Source: Lysobacterales bacterium (lineage in GTDB: Bacteria > Pseudomonadota > Gammaproteobacteria > Xanthomonadales > SZUA-38). Taken from it: a DNA stretch of 64,000 bases. The stretch's first letter is position 1; each line of letters starts with the position of its first letter. The position numbers and the translations under genes were made by a program. Shown here piece after piece: positions 8,886 through 19,169 of this stretch. The notes under the pieces are model-generated. The model was not told the origin of the DNA, searched no databases, and worked only from the letters and a program-made list of their open reading frames with translations. Where the stretch lies: NCBI GenBank assembly GCA_028285525.1, contig JANQOZ010000004.1, positions 3,329 through 67,328 on the forward strand, read 5' to 3'.

Positions 8886-9964
8886 GGCTTGCGGCCCCGT
8901 GTGACCCAGGGATAGCAGGTTTCCTGAAGCGGATACTCTTCGACGTCCACAAAGCCAATCTCCGACATAGCCTGCGCCAGGTTGAAGATGCCGGCTTCAG
9001 TGAAGTAAGGCTCGGAGCGGTTTTCGGTTTCCCAGTCGAGCATCACCGCCTGAAACGGCCCGACGGCGCGAAACGGCGGTGGATCCGAAATCACCATTTC
9101 TCCGCCCGGCTCAAGAATGCGGAACATCTCTTTGAGCACGTCGAAGCTGACCTCGGGCGGCAACTCGTGGTGAAGTGCGTAGGAGATGACGCCGTCGACG
9201 CTGCCGTCAGCCTGCGCCGTATGTCGGGCGTCCTCCTGCCACAGCTCCACCGGAATGCCGGTTTTGTCGCTGAACTTCAGGCCGTTGATCAGCACCTGGG
9301 CTGACAGGTCGCCGCCGATCAGCTCAGCCTCAGGAAAGCGCTCCCGGCAGAGCCCCAGCGTTCCGGAGCCACCGCAGCCCGGGTCGTAGATACGCTTTAA
9401 GCTATCGCTGCGAAACTGCTGGATCACGTCCCGACGCTGTTGCAGCAGGTTGTCGCCCACCGCTACCGCGGCAAAGCCGCCGCGAGCGAAGACGTAAGGG
9501 ATAAAACCCGAGAACGCCATGGCGGCGGAGAGGTCGTACCCGTCAAGGCCGCCGGGCTGCAGGTGCCACTCGACGCCCTGGTAATACTCGGGCATCTCCA
9601 GGTCCGGATTCAGATGCAGGCGCGGATCGCCTTTGGGCGGTGGGGTGGGCGCCACCTTGGCGAACATCTCCCGCCGACGCTCCACGCCCGTGATCGCCCG
9701 CACCCAGTTTTCTTCCGCGACGTAGCGCTGGTAGAGCCGATTGAAGCGAAAAGCCGGCGAGCGCTCGACAACCTCCCGGGCTTGAGCCAGTCGCTCGAGC
9801 CAGGCGTCGCGGTCTGCGTCGGTTTGGAACTCCTGCGTTAGCCCAGGCGCTTCGTCTGACTCGGCGAAATCTTCTTCTGCCTGCTGCTGCAGCTCGGTGG
9901 AAGAAAACACCTGGAGAGAGCCAAGAAACTGCAGGCCGGCCCTGGCGCGCTGATCAACGTTCAT
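8882..9964 (-). CDS. class I SAM-dependent methyltransferase
   Basis: 360 aa. Motif I IYDPGCGGSGTLG and post-I/II region LEPGGEMVISD. Long N-terminal extension of unknown role. Confidence 0.85.
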   Translation of the reverse strand: MNVDQRARAGLQFLGSLQVFSSTELQQQAEEDFAESDEAPGLTQEFQTDADRDAWLERLAQAREVVERSPAFRFNRLYQRYVAEENWVRAITGVERRREMFAKVAPTPPPKGDPRLHLNPDLEMPEYYQGVEWHLQPGGLDGYDLSAAMAFSGFIPYVFARGGFAAVAVGDNLLQQRRDVIQQFRSDSLKRIYDPGCGGSGTLGLCRERFPEAELIGGDLSAQVLINGLKFSDKTGIPVELWQEDARHTAQADGSVDGVISYALHHELPPEVSFDVLKEMFRILEPGGEMVISDPPPFRAVGPFQAVMLDWETENRSEPYFTEAGIFNLAQAMSEIGFVDVEEYPLQETCYPWVTRGRKP

Positions 9965-11328
9965 GAACTTACCTTCTCGGACTGTCGCGGGTTATCGGGC
10001 AAGGTATAACGACTCAAAAAGAAAAACGCCAGCACATAGACCGCTGCCGGCAGCCAGATCATCCCGATGCTCACCGCCAGCGCGGCGCTATCGGGCTGCT
10101 GGTCCAGCGGCAGGGTTTTGTCGAAACCCATGTTGCTCAGCAGGAATCCGAGCGCCAGCGGGCCCACCGAGTAGCCGAGGCGCTCGACAAAGACGTAGAC
10201 CGACGTGTAGAGCCCCTCGCGGTTGCGACCGGTGATCCGACGATCGTAGTCGATGGTGTCCAGCCACATGGTCTGACTGTTCAGCAGGATCGCCGAGGAA
10301 AACACGCCCACCAGAATCCCTCGGAGGATCACGATCGGATAGGCGTTCTCCGGCGTTGCGACCAGCCACAGCAGCGTGGCAAAAATATCGCCGATCAGAC
10401 CGATCATGAAGCCGGTCTTTTTCGAGATTCTGCCGCTCATCCAGCGCCAGAACGGTACAAAAGTGAGAATCGACGCGGTCGTGACTAAACCAAAAACCGA
10501 CAACAGGTTGAACGTCTGCTTGAGCACCACGGTGACAAAAAAGGCGAATGTGCTGGCGGAGGCGGCGATGGCGATGAACTGCAGCACCTTGACCGCCACC
10601 AGCGTCATAAACGGCTTGTTGCTCAGCAGCGACAGAACCTCCTCGCGAAACGGCGTCTCGGTGGGCGTATGTTCTGTGCTGTTGGCCGACCGGGTTCCCA
10701 GAAAGGTCCACATCATGGCGACGAAGATCACCGCGCCGGCAATGAAGCCCAGCTGCTGGTAGGCATCAGCGCCACCGCCCAGCCAGGTAATCAGCGCCGG
10801 AGCGCCGGCGTTTCCCAGCAGCCCCCCCAGCATCATGAACACCACGCGAAAGCTCATGATCTGAATGCGGCGAGCCCGATCGCTGGTCATCTCGACCGGC
10901 ATCGCCAGGTAAGGCACGTTAAAGATGGAAAAGCCGAGCGAGTACAGTACGAGGACGCCTGCCGCAACGGCCACCGGCGGCAGGTTGGCCGTCAGCAAGT
11001 GTGTTGAATACACCAGCGGCAGCGAGATGCCGCACACGATAGCGCCCAGCAAAAGGTAGGGTCGACGTCGACCAATACGGGTCTTGGTTCGGTCTGTCAC
11101 CCAGCCGATCAGCGGATCGCTGAATGCGTCGATAATCCGAGCGCCCGCGACAATGGTTCCCGCCACGGCGGCATCGAGGCCGACGATCGTCGTCAGGTAA
11201 ACCAGGATCAGCGCCGTTACCGTATTGAGATAGCCGATAGTCCCAAGCGATCCGATACCCCAGGACATGCGCGTGGAAAATCCGAGCGCGTTTTCGCTCG
11301 AGGGAGTTCGGCTGGCGGTTGCTTCCAC
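9961..11328 (-). CDS. MFS transporter, glycoside-pentoside-hexuronide (GPH) cation symporter-like
   Basis: 455 aa with about 12 hydrophobic segments. GPH signature DPLIGWVTDRTKTRIGRRRPY. ATGA overlap with the downstream methyltransferase. Confidence 0.9.
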   Translation of the reverse strand: MEATASRTPSSENALGFSTRMSWGIGSLGTIGYLNTVTALILVYLTTIVGLDAAVAGTIVAGARIIDAFSDPLIGWVTDRTKTRIGRRRPYLLLGAIVCGISLPLVYSTHLLTANLPPVAVAAGVLVLYSLGFSIFNVPYLAMPVEMTSDRARRIQIMSFRVVFMMLGGLLGNAGAPALITWLGGGADAYQQLGFIAGAVIFVAMMWTFLGTRSANSTEHTPTETPFREEVLSLLSNKPFMTLVAVKVLQFIAIAASASTFAFFVTVVLKQTFNLLSVFGLVTTASILTFVPFWRWMSGRISKKTGFMIGLIGDIFATLLWLVATPENAYPIVILRGILVGVFSSAILLNSQTMWLDTIDYDRRITGRNREGLYTSVYVFVERLGYSVGPLALGFLLSNMGFDKTLPLDQQPDSAALAVSIGMIWLPAAVYVLAFFFLSRYTLPDNPRQSEKVSS

Positions 11329-11354
11329 GGTCAGTCTGCGCAGCCGAGGGGAGC

Positions 11355-11846
11355 TTAAGCGGCAGGCGGTTTAGTGCGGCCGAGGGCCCCCACCAGTCGC
11401 CATTCCCCTTCCTCGCGAGTCCACACGTGAATGATCTCGAACCGCTGATCCACCGCTTCGCCCGTCGGCAGGCGGGTGCGGTGGGTGCTGTAGTAGATGA
11501 CGGCGGTATCACCAGAGAAGGTGATGTCCCCGAAGGTCATCGTCAGCTCTTCTTCCTTGTACTGGGTGAATCCTTTTGCGCCTTCGCGCAGCTTCTCCAG
11601 CCCGCTGGGCTGATCCCAGCCCGGTGGCCAGCCCATGTAATGTTCGGAAGTGTTGTTGATGTAGGTCTGCAGGTCACCATCACCGCGGGCCGCGTAGATC
11701 GCCTGCTCTTTGCCCCAGATTTCTTCCCGGGCCTCATCCACATCATAGCTGTCGGTTTCCCCGCCTGGCTGGCCGGCGCAGCCGAGCAAGAAAGTCGGCA
11801 GCAGTGCCAGGACGAGAGCCACCGCTCTACGGGACCGAGTATTCAT
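11355..11846 (-). CDS. lipoprotein, NTF2/SnoaL-like (DUF4440-like) fold
   Basis: Start moved to the ATG at 11846 (MNTRSRRAVALVLALLPTFLLGCAG; lipobox LLGC). The C-terminal pattern FEIIHVWTREEGEWRLV is typical of NTF2-like domains. Confidence 0.7.
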   Translation of the reverse strand: MNTRSRRAVALVLALLPTFLLGCAGQPGGETDSYDVDEAREEIWGKEQAIYAARGDGDLQTYINNTSEHYMGWPPGWDQPSGLEKLREGAKGFTQYKEEELTMTFGDITFSGDTAVIYYSTHRTRLPTGEAVDQRFEIIHVWTREEGEWRLVGALGRTKPPAA

Positions 11847-12133
11847 TTCGAGGACCATGGAGCACCTTCGGGAAAACGCAGCGCCACACCATAACGCAGC
11901 GACCGTGAGGCGCCCCATGCAATTTAGCTATGGCGTCGAGAGCATCGCGAATAGTGTGGTTTGAACATCGCCTCAGCCTGCAGTAACGCACCAGGTTCCT
12001 GCGTTCACATGCGTGCTGCTTATCCTGGCTTCCACCCTTTGCATTGGTATTTGCCAAAGCTTTCCGCCTGAATACCCCCTTCGCAAAAGCCGGCCGGCGC
12101 CGCTTTGCCGTCCGTCGTCAACGAGGTGCAACA

Positions 12134-14572
12134 ATGAAAATCATACGCCTGAACAGATCATCCGCCCGTGGACAGGGCGAGGGGAACGCGACTCATCGGC
12201 CTGCACTGCTGGCCAGCGCCATCGGCGCCGCACTTTGCGGAGTCACCATGATGCCGGCAACATCCATTGCCCAGGAAGGAACCGAGGTGGCAACCGAGGG
12301 TACGCTGGAGACCGTGCTTGTCACCGCGCGCCGTCGATCTGAGAGCCTGCAGGACGTGCCGCTCGGCATTACGGCTTTCGACGCAGACGCGATCAAGCGT
12401 CGTAACATTACCGAACTGGATGACGTCGCCCGTTTCACTGCGGGTTTTGCGTTCGAGGACTTCGACGGCGGCAACGGCGGTCCGGTGATCCGCAGCCAGC
12501 CAACGATCAACGTCACCTCGCGCGAGCAGACCACCGCGACTTTCCTGGACGGGATTTATCTGCCTCGCTCGTGGCTGGTCGATCTCGGGGTAAGCAATCT
12601 TCAGCGGATTGAAATCGTCAAAGGCCCGCAAAGCGCCCGCTACGGGCGAAATGCCTTTGCCGGCGCGATCAACTACATCCCGCAGAAAGCCGGTGGAGAC
12701 CTGGACGGCGAGCTCACCCTGACCGGCGGTTCGGATGAGCGTTTCGACTACGGTGGTGCCATTTCCATCCCGTTGATCGAGGACAAGCTCTACGTTCGGG
12801 CCAGCTTCGATCACACGGAGTTTGACGGGAGCTGGAGAAATGACCACCCGGACGCCAATCGCGGGATCAGCCCCGGTACCGAAGGTAACGTTGGCGGCTG
12901 GGACACGGATACCTACAGCCTCAACGTGCTGTTTAACGCCACCGAAGACCTCACGCTCGACCTGTCGTACTACGGCTTCGATCGCGAGGAAGAAGCGCGC
13001 GCGTCTCAATGGCGAAGCACCGGCCTCGGCCAGGGGAACTGCGGGTCGTTTCTTAACGGCGGATTCCGGCTGTTCTGCGGTCAGCCGCCGGCACCTGCAG
13101 ACTCGGTGCTGGTTCAGCCGCGAGGGTTCAGCCGGCAGTCAGGCGGAGACATCATTCGCTTTGAGGCCGACTATCAGATCAACGAAACATTCTCTTTCAA
13201 CTTCCTGTTCGGCAACGTCGATGCCGATACGCTGTCCGCGGTATCTGCCGAATCTGACCCGATCAATTGCGGAACAATCCTGTCGCCATTCATCATTGCG
13301 GGCGGCGTCAGCCTTTGTAACTTCCAGGCCAGCCCGCTGGGTGAGGTCGACTACGACTCGTATGAGCTTCGACTCGATATCGACAACGGCGGCCCCTGGA
13401 CCGGATCGGTGGGTGCTTTCATCGGCGACGGTACGGACAACAACTTTTTTGTGAGCGTGAGCCAGCCCGCCGACTCTATTTCACCGCTGAACATCACCCG
13501 TGACTCCACCGGTTTTCTCCTCGGTGGGTTTCCCTTCAACCCCGACGCTTTCGGCAACCTGGTAGTACGTGACGACGAAACCGTCACCGAGGTGGCCTCG
13601 ATTTTTGGTGAGGTGAACTACGCGTTTGCCAACGGTAAGACCCGGCTGGGGCTCGAAGCTCGATTCACCAACGAGGAAATCACCACCACGGGCCTGAGCA
13701 ACGGTCTGGTTCTGTCCCGGGATGATGACTTCATCACGCCTCGGATTACGCTGGAACATGACCTGAGCGACGACACGCTGCTTTACGGCACGATTGCACG
13801 CGGCGCCAAAGCTGGGGGCTTTAACTCCGGCGCGATTGAAGAGCCGGAGCGGACCTTCGACTCCGAGTTCAACACCACGTTCGAGGTGGGTGCCAAGAAC
13901 ACGCTGCTCGGCGGCGCGGCCGTGCTGAACGCGGCGCTCTACTACACCGACTGGAGCGACATGCAGGTCACGGCGGCAGACCCGAATGGCAGTATCTTGA
14001 ACACGGCCATCACCCTCAACTTTGGTGACGCGTCCATCTGGGGTCTGGAGCTGGAAGGTTCCTGGCTGGTCAACGATAACCTGAGTCTGGATGCTTCGTT
14101 CGCGTACAGCGAAGCGGAATATGACAACGCTACCGATACGGTATTTGCCCGGATCGCCGGCCCCTTCACCGCGCCGCCCTGCGACGACATCGTCTGCTCC
14201 TCAGACGGTGACGTGAGCGGGAACCGCCTGCCGCGTACGCCGACTACCCAGATTGCACTAGGCGGTCAGTGGCGTTCGACGCTGGATGCCTGGGGCGCTG
14301 ACTATTTTGTACGCGCTGACGTGGCTTATCAGTCGTCTTTCTTCGGAGATACGATCAACGCAGCTCAGTTCCCCAGCCGAACGGTCGCAAACCTTCGCAC
14401 GGGACTTGAGTTCGGCAACATCGATGTCGCTCTCTGGGCCCGCAACCTCACCGATGAGAAGTACGCGTCGAACGCGTTGACCATCATCCAGGCTGCTGGC
14501 TCAAACCTTCAGGGAGCGTACTACGGCGAACGCCGCACCTACGGCATCACCGCTACCTATCGGTTCCGCTAA
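12134..14572 (+). CDS. TonB-dependent receptor
   Basis: Start at the ATG at 12134 after gagg. TonB-box/plug region TLETVLVTARRRSESLQDVPLGITAF and IEIVKGPQSARYGRNAFAGAINY. C-terminal barrel ends ...YGITATYRFR. Confidence 0.93.
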   Translation: MKIIRLNRSSARGQGEGNATHRPALLASAIGAALCGVTMMPATSIAQEGTEVATEGTLETVLVTARRRSESLQDVPLGITAFDADAIKRRNITELDDVARFTAGFAFEDFDGGNGGPVIRSQPTINVTSREQTTATFLDGIYLPRSWLVDLGVSNLQRIEIVKGPQSARYGRNAFAGAINYIPQKAGGDLDGELTLTGGSDERFDYGGAISIPLIEDKLYVRASFDHTEFDGSWRNDHPDANRGISPGTEGNVGGWDTDTYSLNVLFNATEDLTLDLSYYGFDREEEARASQWRSTGLGQGNCGSFLNGGFRLFCGQPPAPADSVLVQPRGFSRQSGGDIIRFEADYQINETFSFNFLFGNVDADTLSAVSAESDPINCGTILSPFIIAGGVSLCNFQASPLGEVDYDSYELRLDIDNGGPWTGSVGAFIGDGTDNNFFVSVSQPADSISPLNITRDSTGFLLGGFPFNPDAFGNLVVRDDETVTEVASIFGEVNYAFANGKTRLGLEARFTNEEITTTGLSNGLVLSRDDDFITPRITLEHDLSDDTLLYGTIARGAKAGGFNSGAIEEPERTFDSEFNTTFEVGAKNTLLGGAAVLNAALYYTDWSDMQVTAADPNGSILNTAITLNFGDASIWGLELEGSWLVNDNLSLDASFAYSEAEYDNATDTVFARIAGPFTAPPCDDIVCSSDGDVSGNRLPRTPTTQIALGGQWRSTLDAWGADYFVRADVAYQSSFFGDTINAAQFPSRTVANLRTGLEFGNIDVALWARNLTDEKYASNALTIIQAAGSNLQGAYYGERRTYGITATYRFR

Positions 14573-14598
14573 AGACACTTAAACGTTTCGCCCTGGTT

Positions 14599-14632
14599 CG
14601 CGCCCTGGTTATCGTTTCGATGCCAGGGCGCG
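14599..14632. terminator. possible bidirectional hairpin between convergent genes
   Basis: Perfect 10-bp inverted repeat cgcgccctgg (14599-14608) / ccagggcgcg (14623-14632) with a 14-nt loop. There is no U-tract, and the 3' arm overlaps the end of the minus-strand hydrolase gene. Confidence 0.3.
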
Positions 14633-15805
14633 GACGACCCGGTTCGGCAGCTGGGCGTCATCCCAGTCCATTCGCATCTCGCCCACCCGCACGATTACCA
14701 GTTGCTCCCCACGGCTCACGTACACCCGTTGCCCGCCGATACCGTCCATAAAAAACCAGTCGTCTTTTAGGAACGGCTCACTCTGGGCGACGTTTAGACC
14801 CTGTTGTTCTTCATTGTAGTAGCGCGTTGGCATTCGATTACGGCCTAGCCAGATCTGCCAGCCGTAGCCGTCCTGTGCGGCGGAAGGTGACAGCAGCTCA
14901 GCGATTGCGGTCTCGCTGATGAGCTGCTCATCAAACAACCGACCCCGATCTCTCAGCAGCAGCCCGAGCCGCAGCCAGTCTCGCGGCCTGGCCAGGAGCG
15001 CCGTGTAGGTTCGAGGGAACCCGTCCGCCTCGTTGTACCAGACGAACGCGTCCGCAGCGCCGATGCGACGCCACAGATACTCCGACAGAAACTCGTTGTA
15101 ATTCAGGCCGCTTGCCCGCTCCAGGATAAGCCCCAAAGTCTGGCTGTCGGCGTTGGAGTAGGAGAAGTGTTTGCCGGGTTCGCGGGTTAGCGGTCGGCCG
15201 AGCACGGTGGCCCGCGCTTTCTCGCCGTCTGTGAAAAACTTAAAGCGTGGCGACTCGGCTCCGCCCTCGATCGAAAGAGGCTCCAGACCGCTGCTCATGG
15301 TCAGCAGGTGTCGAAGGGTCACGGCCCGGCGCGGATCATTCTGCCATTCAGTCAGGTAAGTGGCTGCCGGTACGTCGGCGTCCTCGATCACGCCTTTGTC
15401 GATGGCTGCCGCCAGCGCCAGCGCCATCACCGATTTGTGCATCGACGCCGACTCGGAGCGAAGCTCAGCATCGAAGCCGGGGAAGTAGTGTTCGAGCAGC
15501 AGCGCGTCGCGGTGCCAGATGAGCAGCGCATAGCTCTGCATGTCTCTTGCGTAGGTCAGCGCGTCCTCTAACAGGGATTCCGCTGCCTCACCGCTGGCGT
15601 TCGGCAGTTGCCGAAGCGCCCCGGTCACCGTGCCCTGGGGCTTCTGGACCCAGCGGGCGTTGGCAAACGAAGAAGGATCTGTTCGGTCTTTGGTCTCAGG
15701 CTCTGCGGCCTGTCGCTCGATAGGGCTGCAGCCCACCGCCAACGCAGCCGCCGCCACGAGCGGTGTGAGCCAGGCGCTACGTCCAGTCAGTTGCCAAAGC
15801 CTCAC
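14609..15805 (-). CDS. serine hydrolase, beta-lactamase (class C-like) family lipoprotein
   Basis: GTG start with GTGA overlap on the upstream MFS stop. Lipobox LAVGC. S-x-x-K (SMHK) and Y-S-N motifs. Confidence 0.88.
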   Translation of the reverse strand: MRLWQLTGRSAWLTPLVAAAALAVGCSPIERQAAEPETKDRTDPSSFANARWVQKPQGTVTGALRQLPNASGEAAESLLEDALTYARDMQSYALLIWHRDALLLEHYFPGFDAELRSESASMHKSVMALALAAAIDKGVIEDADVPAATYLTEWQNDPRRAVTLRHLLTMSSGLEPLSIEGGAESPRFKFFTDGEKARATVLGRPLTREPGKHFSYSNADSQTLGLILERASGLNYNEFLSEYLWRRIGAADAFVWYNEADGFPRTYTALLARPRDWLRLGLLLRDRGRLFDEQLISETAIAELLSPSAAQDGYGWQIWLGRNRMPTRYYNEEQQGLNVAQSEPFLKDDWFFMDGIGGQRVYVSRGEQLVIVRVGEMRMDWDDAQLPNRVVRALASKR

Positions 15806-17133
15806 CGCTGGTCTTCTGCCAACCGTTCCCGCAGCGGCTTCCAGCCGAATGCCGCCAGCCCGGCACCAAGGAGCAGGAGCAGCGGTACGGTGACCGCCAG
15901 CGAGTAGTTGATCGCGTCCGGTCGCTTGAACAGGTTGTCAGTGAGCATCGCGACCACCCATGGGCCGCCTGATTGGCCCACAAGGTTTGCGACCAGCAGG
16001 TACAGCGCTACGAGCTGTGCCCGGAAGTAGGGCGGCGCGATGATGGGGATTGTCGCCGGTCCGGGGCCGAAGGGCATCGTGCCAAAGAACATCGCTGGCG
16101 CCAGGAGCCAGATTGCCAGCGTGCCGTCAGTGACCAGCATGGCAGCCAGCGCAAAGGGAATACAGCACAGGGCGGCGATGGCCGCAGTCCGAAGGTTGGC
16201 GTCGTGGTAGCCGCGCTTGAAGAGAAAATCGGTGACCCAGCCACCGGCCACGACGCCGGCCGTTCCGCCGATCATGAACAGCAATCCCTGGGCCGCACCG
16301 ATCTCGGCCGCCGTCCATTCGTGAACGCGGATAAAGTAAGCGGGCACCCACGCGCCGAGCGCAAACTGGGCCGCAGCCATCATGGAGATACCTACGAAAA
16401 CCGCCAGAAACAGTCGCCCGTTGTCCAGGCAAAAACGGATGGCGTGACTGAAGCCCTGACGATATTGCTCGGCGTCGATCCGGGCCTTGGCTGTTGCGCG
16501 CCGCGGCGGCTCCTTTACCGACAGGAAAAACCAGAGCGCCACGGGCAGGCCGGGCAGGGCGCCCAGGATAAAGGCCGACTGCCAGGGCTCTCGATCGCCA
16601 AGGAAGGCGAGCATGCTGTCATCGACCGGGTTGTTGAGCGCGCTGATGATGATGCCGCCGACCATGAGCGCAATCCCACCGCCCAGAAAGCTCGAAGCGG
16701 TGTACACGCTTAAGGGCCGGGCCAATCGACGAGGCTTGAACATGTCCGCCAGCAGCGAAAAGCCGGCCGGGGTCAGCACGGCTTCACCGACACCCACCGC
16801 CATGCGTGCGGCAAACAGCTGGCCATAGGTCTCGGCGAGGCCACAGGCGATGGCCGCCAGCGTCCAGGCAACGATTCCGATCGCAATCAGGTTACGGCGA
16901 TTCTTGCTGTCAGCCAGCCGCCCGAGCGGGATCGCAACAATCGCGTAGAACATCGCGAAGGCGAATCCCTGCAGGAGACTGATCTGCGTATCGCTGACCG
17001 CCAGGTCGGCGCGGATATCCTCGACCAGAAGGTTGATGATCTGGCGATCGATATTAGCGACTACGCCGCAGACGCAGAGCACAAACACGACGTACCAGCC
17101 GAAACGTTCGGCTGGGTAGTTGGGTTCATCCAT
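15802..17133 (-). CDS. MFS transporter
   Basis: 443 aa with about 12 TM segments. MFS loop motif GRLADSKNRRNL. Confidence 0.9.
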   Translation of the reverse strand: MDEPNYPAERFGWYVVFVLCVCGVVANIDRQIINLLVEDIRADLAVSDTQISLLQGFAFAMFYAIVAIPLGRLADSKNRRNLIAIGIVAWTLAAIACGLAETYGQLFAARMAVGVGEAVLTPAGFSLLADMFKPRRLARPLSVYTASSFLGGGIALMVGGIIISALNNPVDDSMLAFLGDREPWQSAFILGALPGLPVALWFFLSVKEPPRRATAKARIDAEQYRQGFSHAIRFCLDNGRLFLAVFVGISMMAAAQFALGAWVPAYFIRVHEWTAAEIGAAQGLLFMIGGTAGVVAGGWVTDFLFKRGYHDANLRTAAIAALCCIPFALAAMLVTDGTLAIWLLAPAMFFGTMPFGPGPATIPIIAPPYFRAQLVALYLLVANLVGQSGGPWVVAMLTDNLFKRPDAINYSLAVTVPLLLLLGAGLAAFGWKPLRERLAEDQR

Positions 17134-19057
17134 CGTTAGTGTTACCGGGATGACCCAGCTGCGTGCTGATCTCGTTCAGGATCTCGGGATCGTCGATGGT
17201 GGCCGGCACGCTGTAAGGCTCACCGTCGGCAATTTTGGCCAGCGTGCCGCGGAGTATCTTGCCCGAGCGGGTTTTCGGCAGGCGCTTGACGACCACCGCG
17301 CGTTTGAAGGCGGCGACGGCACCTACATGCTGACGCACCAGCGCCACGCATTCGTCGATCAAGGTTTGCGGATTGGCGCTGCTGTCCGCCTGCGTGCAGA
17401 TGAATCCCATCGGGAGCTGACCCTTGAGCTTGTCTTTGATGCCCGTAACCGCACACTCGGCGACCGCCGGATGCAGCGCGATGACCTCTTCGATGGCTCC
17501 CGTGGAGAGGCGGTGACCGGCGACGTTGATGATGTCGTCGGTGCGCGTCATGACATAGAGATAACCGTCTTCATCGAGGTATCCCGCGTCGCCCGTTTCG
17601 TAGTAGCCCGGGAAAGTCGTCAGGTAGGCCTGCTGGAAGCGCTCCTCGGCCTGCCACAGGCCGGCCAGCGCTCCAGGACCCAGCGGCAGGCGGACCACAA
17701 TCGCGCCGGTATCGCCGGCGGGAACGGGCTGCCCTTCCGGGTCAACTACCTGAACGTCCCAGCCCGGCATCGGCTTGCCGGCTGAGCCGGGACGGATGTC
17801 GACCAGCCCCGCGCCGAGCGTGTTGCCCGCCACGGACCAGCCGGTTTCGGTTTGCCACCAGTGATCGATGACCGGCACGCCTAGCTGCTCGCCCGCCCAT
17901 TTTAGGGTCGGGGGATCGCAGCGCTCGCCCGCGACAAACAGACCGGTGAAGTGGCTCAGGTCGCTCGCTTTAACGAATTCCCCGTCCGGGTCCTCGCGGC
18001 GGATCGCCCGAATAGCGGTGGGTGCGGTGAACAGGGCCTTAACCCGATGGCGTTCGATGATCCGCCAGAAGACGCCGGCGTCCGGCGTGCCGACCGGCTT
18101 TCCTTCGAACATGACGGTTGTCGCGCCCCGCAGCAGCGGCGCATAGATAATGTAGGAGTGGCCCACGACCCAGCCGATGTCGGACGCCGCCCAGAACGTG
18201 TCGCCGGCATCGATGTCGTAGATCGCTTTCATCGACCAGTGCAGCGCGACGGCGTGACCGCCGTTGTCTCGAACGATGCCTTTGGGCTGGCCGGTGGTGC
18301 CTGAGGTGTAGAGCAGGTAGAGCGGATCGGTTGCCGCCACCGGGACACAGTCTGCCGGTTCAGCACCATCCTGGAACTCATGCCATTCCAGATCGATATC
18401 GCGGTTCAGCTCGGCGGCCTGCTCCTCACGTTGCAGCACCACGTGCCGCTCCGGCGTGTGGCTTGCGAGGTCGATCGCGTCATCCAGCAGCGGCTTGTAA
18501 AAGACCTTTCGGCCCGGCTCCAGGCCGCAGCTGGCGCTGATAATGAGTTTTGGGGTCGCGTCGTCGATGCGGGTCGCCACCTCGCGTGCGGCAAAGCCGC
18601 CGAACACCACCGAGTGTACCGCCCCGATTCTCGCGCAGGCGAGTATGGCAAAAGCCGCTTCCGGCACCATCGGCATATAGATGAGTACGCGGTCGCCCGG
18701 CTCAACGCCGCTGCGCTGCATAGCGCCGGCCAGGCGCGCCACGGTGGTCCTTAGCTCGCTGTAGGTGTAGCTCTCCTGCCGACCGGTCATGGTGGACTCG
18801 AACAGGAGTGCGGGCTGGTCGCCGCGCCCGCCGTCGGCGTGCCGGTCGATCGCGTTGTAGCAGGTGTTGAGTCGCGCGCCCGGAAACCAGCGCCCGGCGC
18901 CCTGCGTGGCGTCGAGGACCGAAGTCCAGGGTTCAACCCAGTCGATGCCGGCGGCCGCCTCGGCCCAGAAAGCCTCGGGGTCCTGGCGCCAGCGCTGGCG
19001 GACGTCTGCGTAAGTCAATGGCCTGACCCCTCGTTGAACAGTCGGGAAAAGTATCAT
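17126..19057 (-). CDS. acyl-CoA synthetase, acetate/propionate--CoA ligase family (PrpE-like)
   Basis: 643 aa. AMP-binding motif YTSGTTGQPKG, WWQTETG, NTCYNAIDRH. The exact start is uncertain (ATG at 19057 or a downstream alternative). Confidence 0.93.
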   Translation of the reverse strand: MILFPTVQRGVRPLTYADVRQRWRQDPEAFWAEAAAGIDWVEPWTSVLDATQGAGRWFPGARLNTCYNAIDRHADGGRGDQPALLFESTMTGRQESYTYSELRTTVARLAGAMQRSGVEPGDRVLIYMPMVPEAAFAILACARIGAVHSVVFGGFAAREVATRIDDATPKLIISASCGLEPGRKVFYKPLLDDAIDLASHTPERHVVLQREEQAAELNRDIDLEWHEFQDGAEPADCVPVAATDPLYLLYTSGTTGQPKGIVRDNGGHAVALHWSMKAIYDIDAGDTFWAASDIGWVVGHSYIIYAPLLRGATTVMFEGKPVGTPDAGVFWRIIERHRVKALFTAPTAIRAIRREDPDGEFVKASDLSHFTGLFVAGERCDPPTLKWAGEQLGVPVIDHWWQTETGWSVAGNTLGAGLVDIRPGSAGKPMPGWDVQVVDPEGQPVPAGDTGAIVVRLPLGPGALAGLWQAEERFQQAYLTTFPGYYETGDAGYLDEDGYLYVMTRTDDIINVAGHRLSTGAIEEVIALHPAVAECAVTGIKDKLKGQLPMGFICTQADSSANPQTLIDECVALVRQHVGAVAAFKRAVVVKRLPKTRSGKILRGTLAKIADGEPYSVPATIDDPEILNEISTQLGHPGNTNDG

Positions 19058-19169
19058 GATACTTATGGGTCAGCGTATGCGCCTGGTGTATGGCGCCATT
19101 CTCGAAAATGAGTAGCTCACCGATGTGGGAACGATCAGTATGGTCGGCCATCGATAACGGAATCGCGCC

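Noticed and set aside
11847-12133. Long leader upstream of the first TonB receptor, checked for a cobalamin or other riboswitch
   Set aside because: I found no B12-box-like or other conserved riboswitch core by eye. There are only short imperfect inverted repeats.
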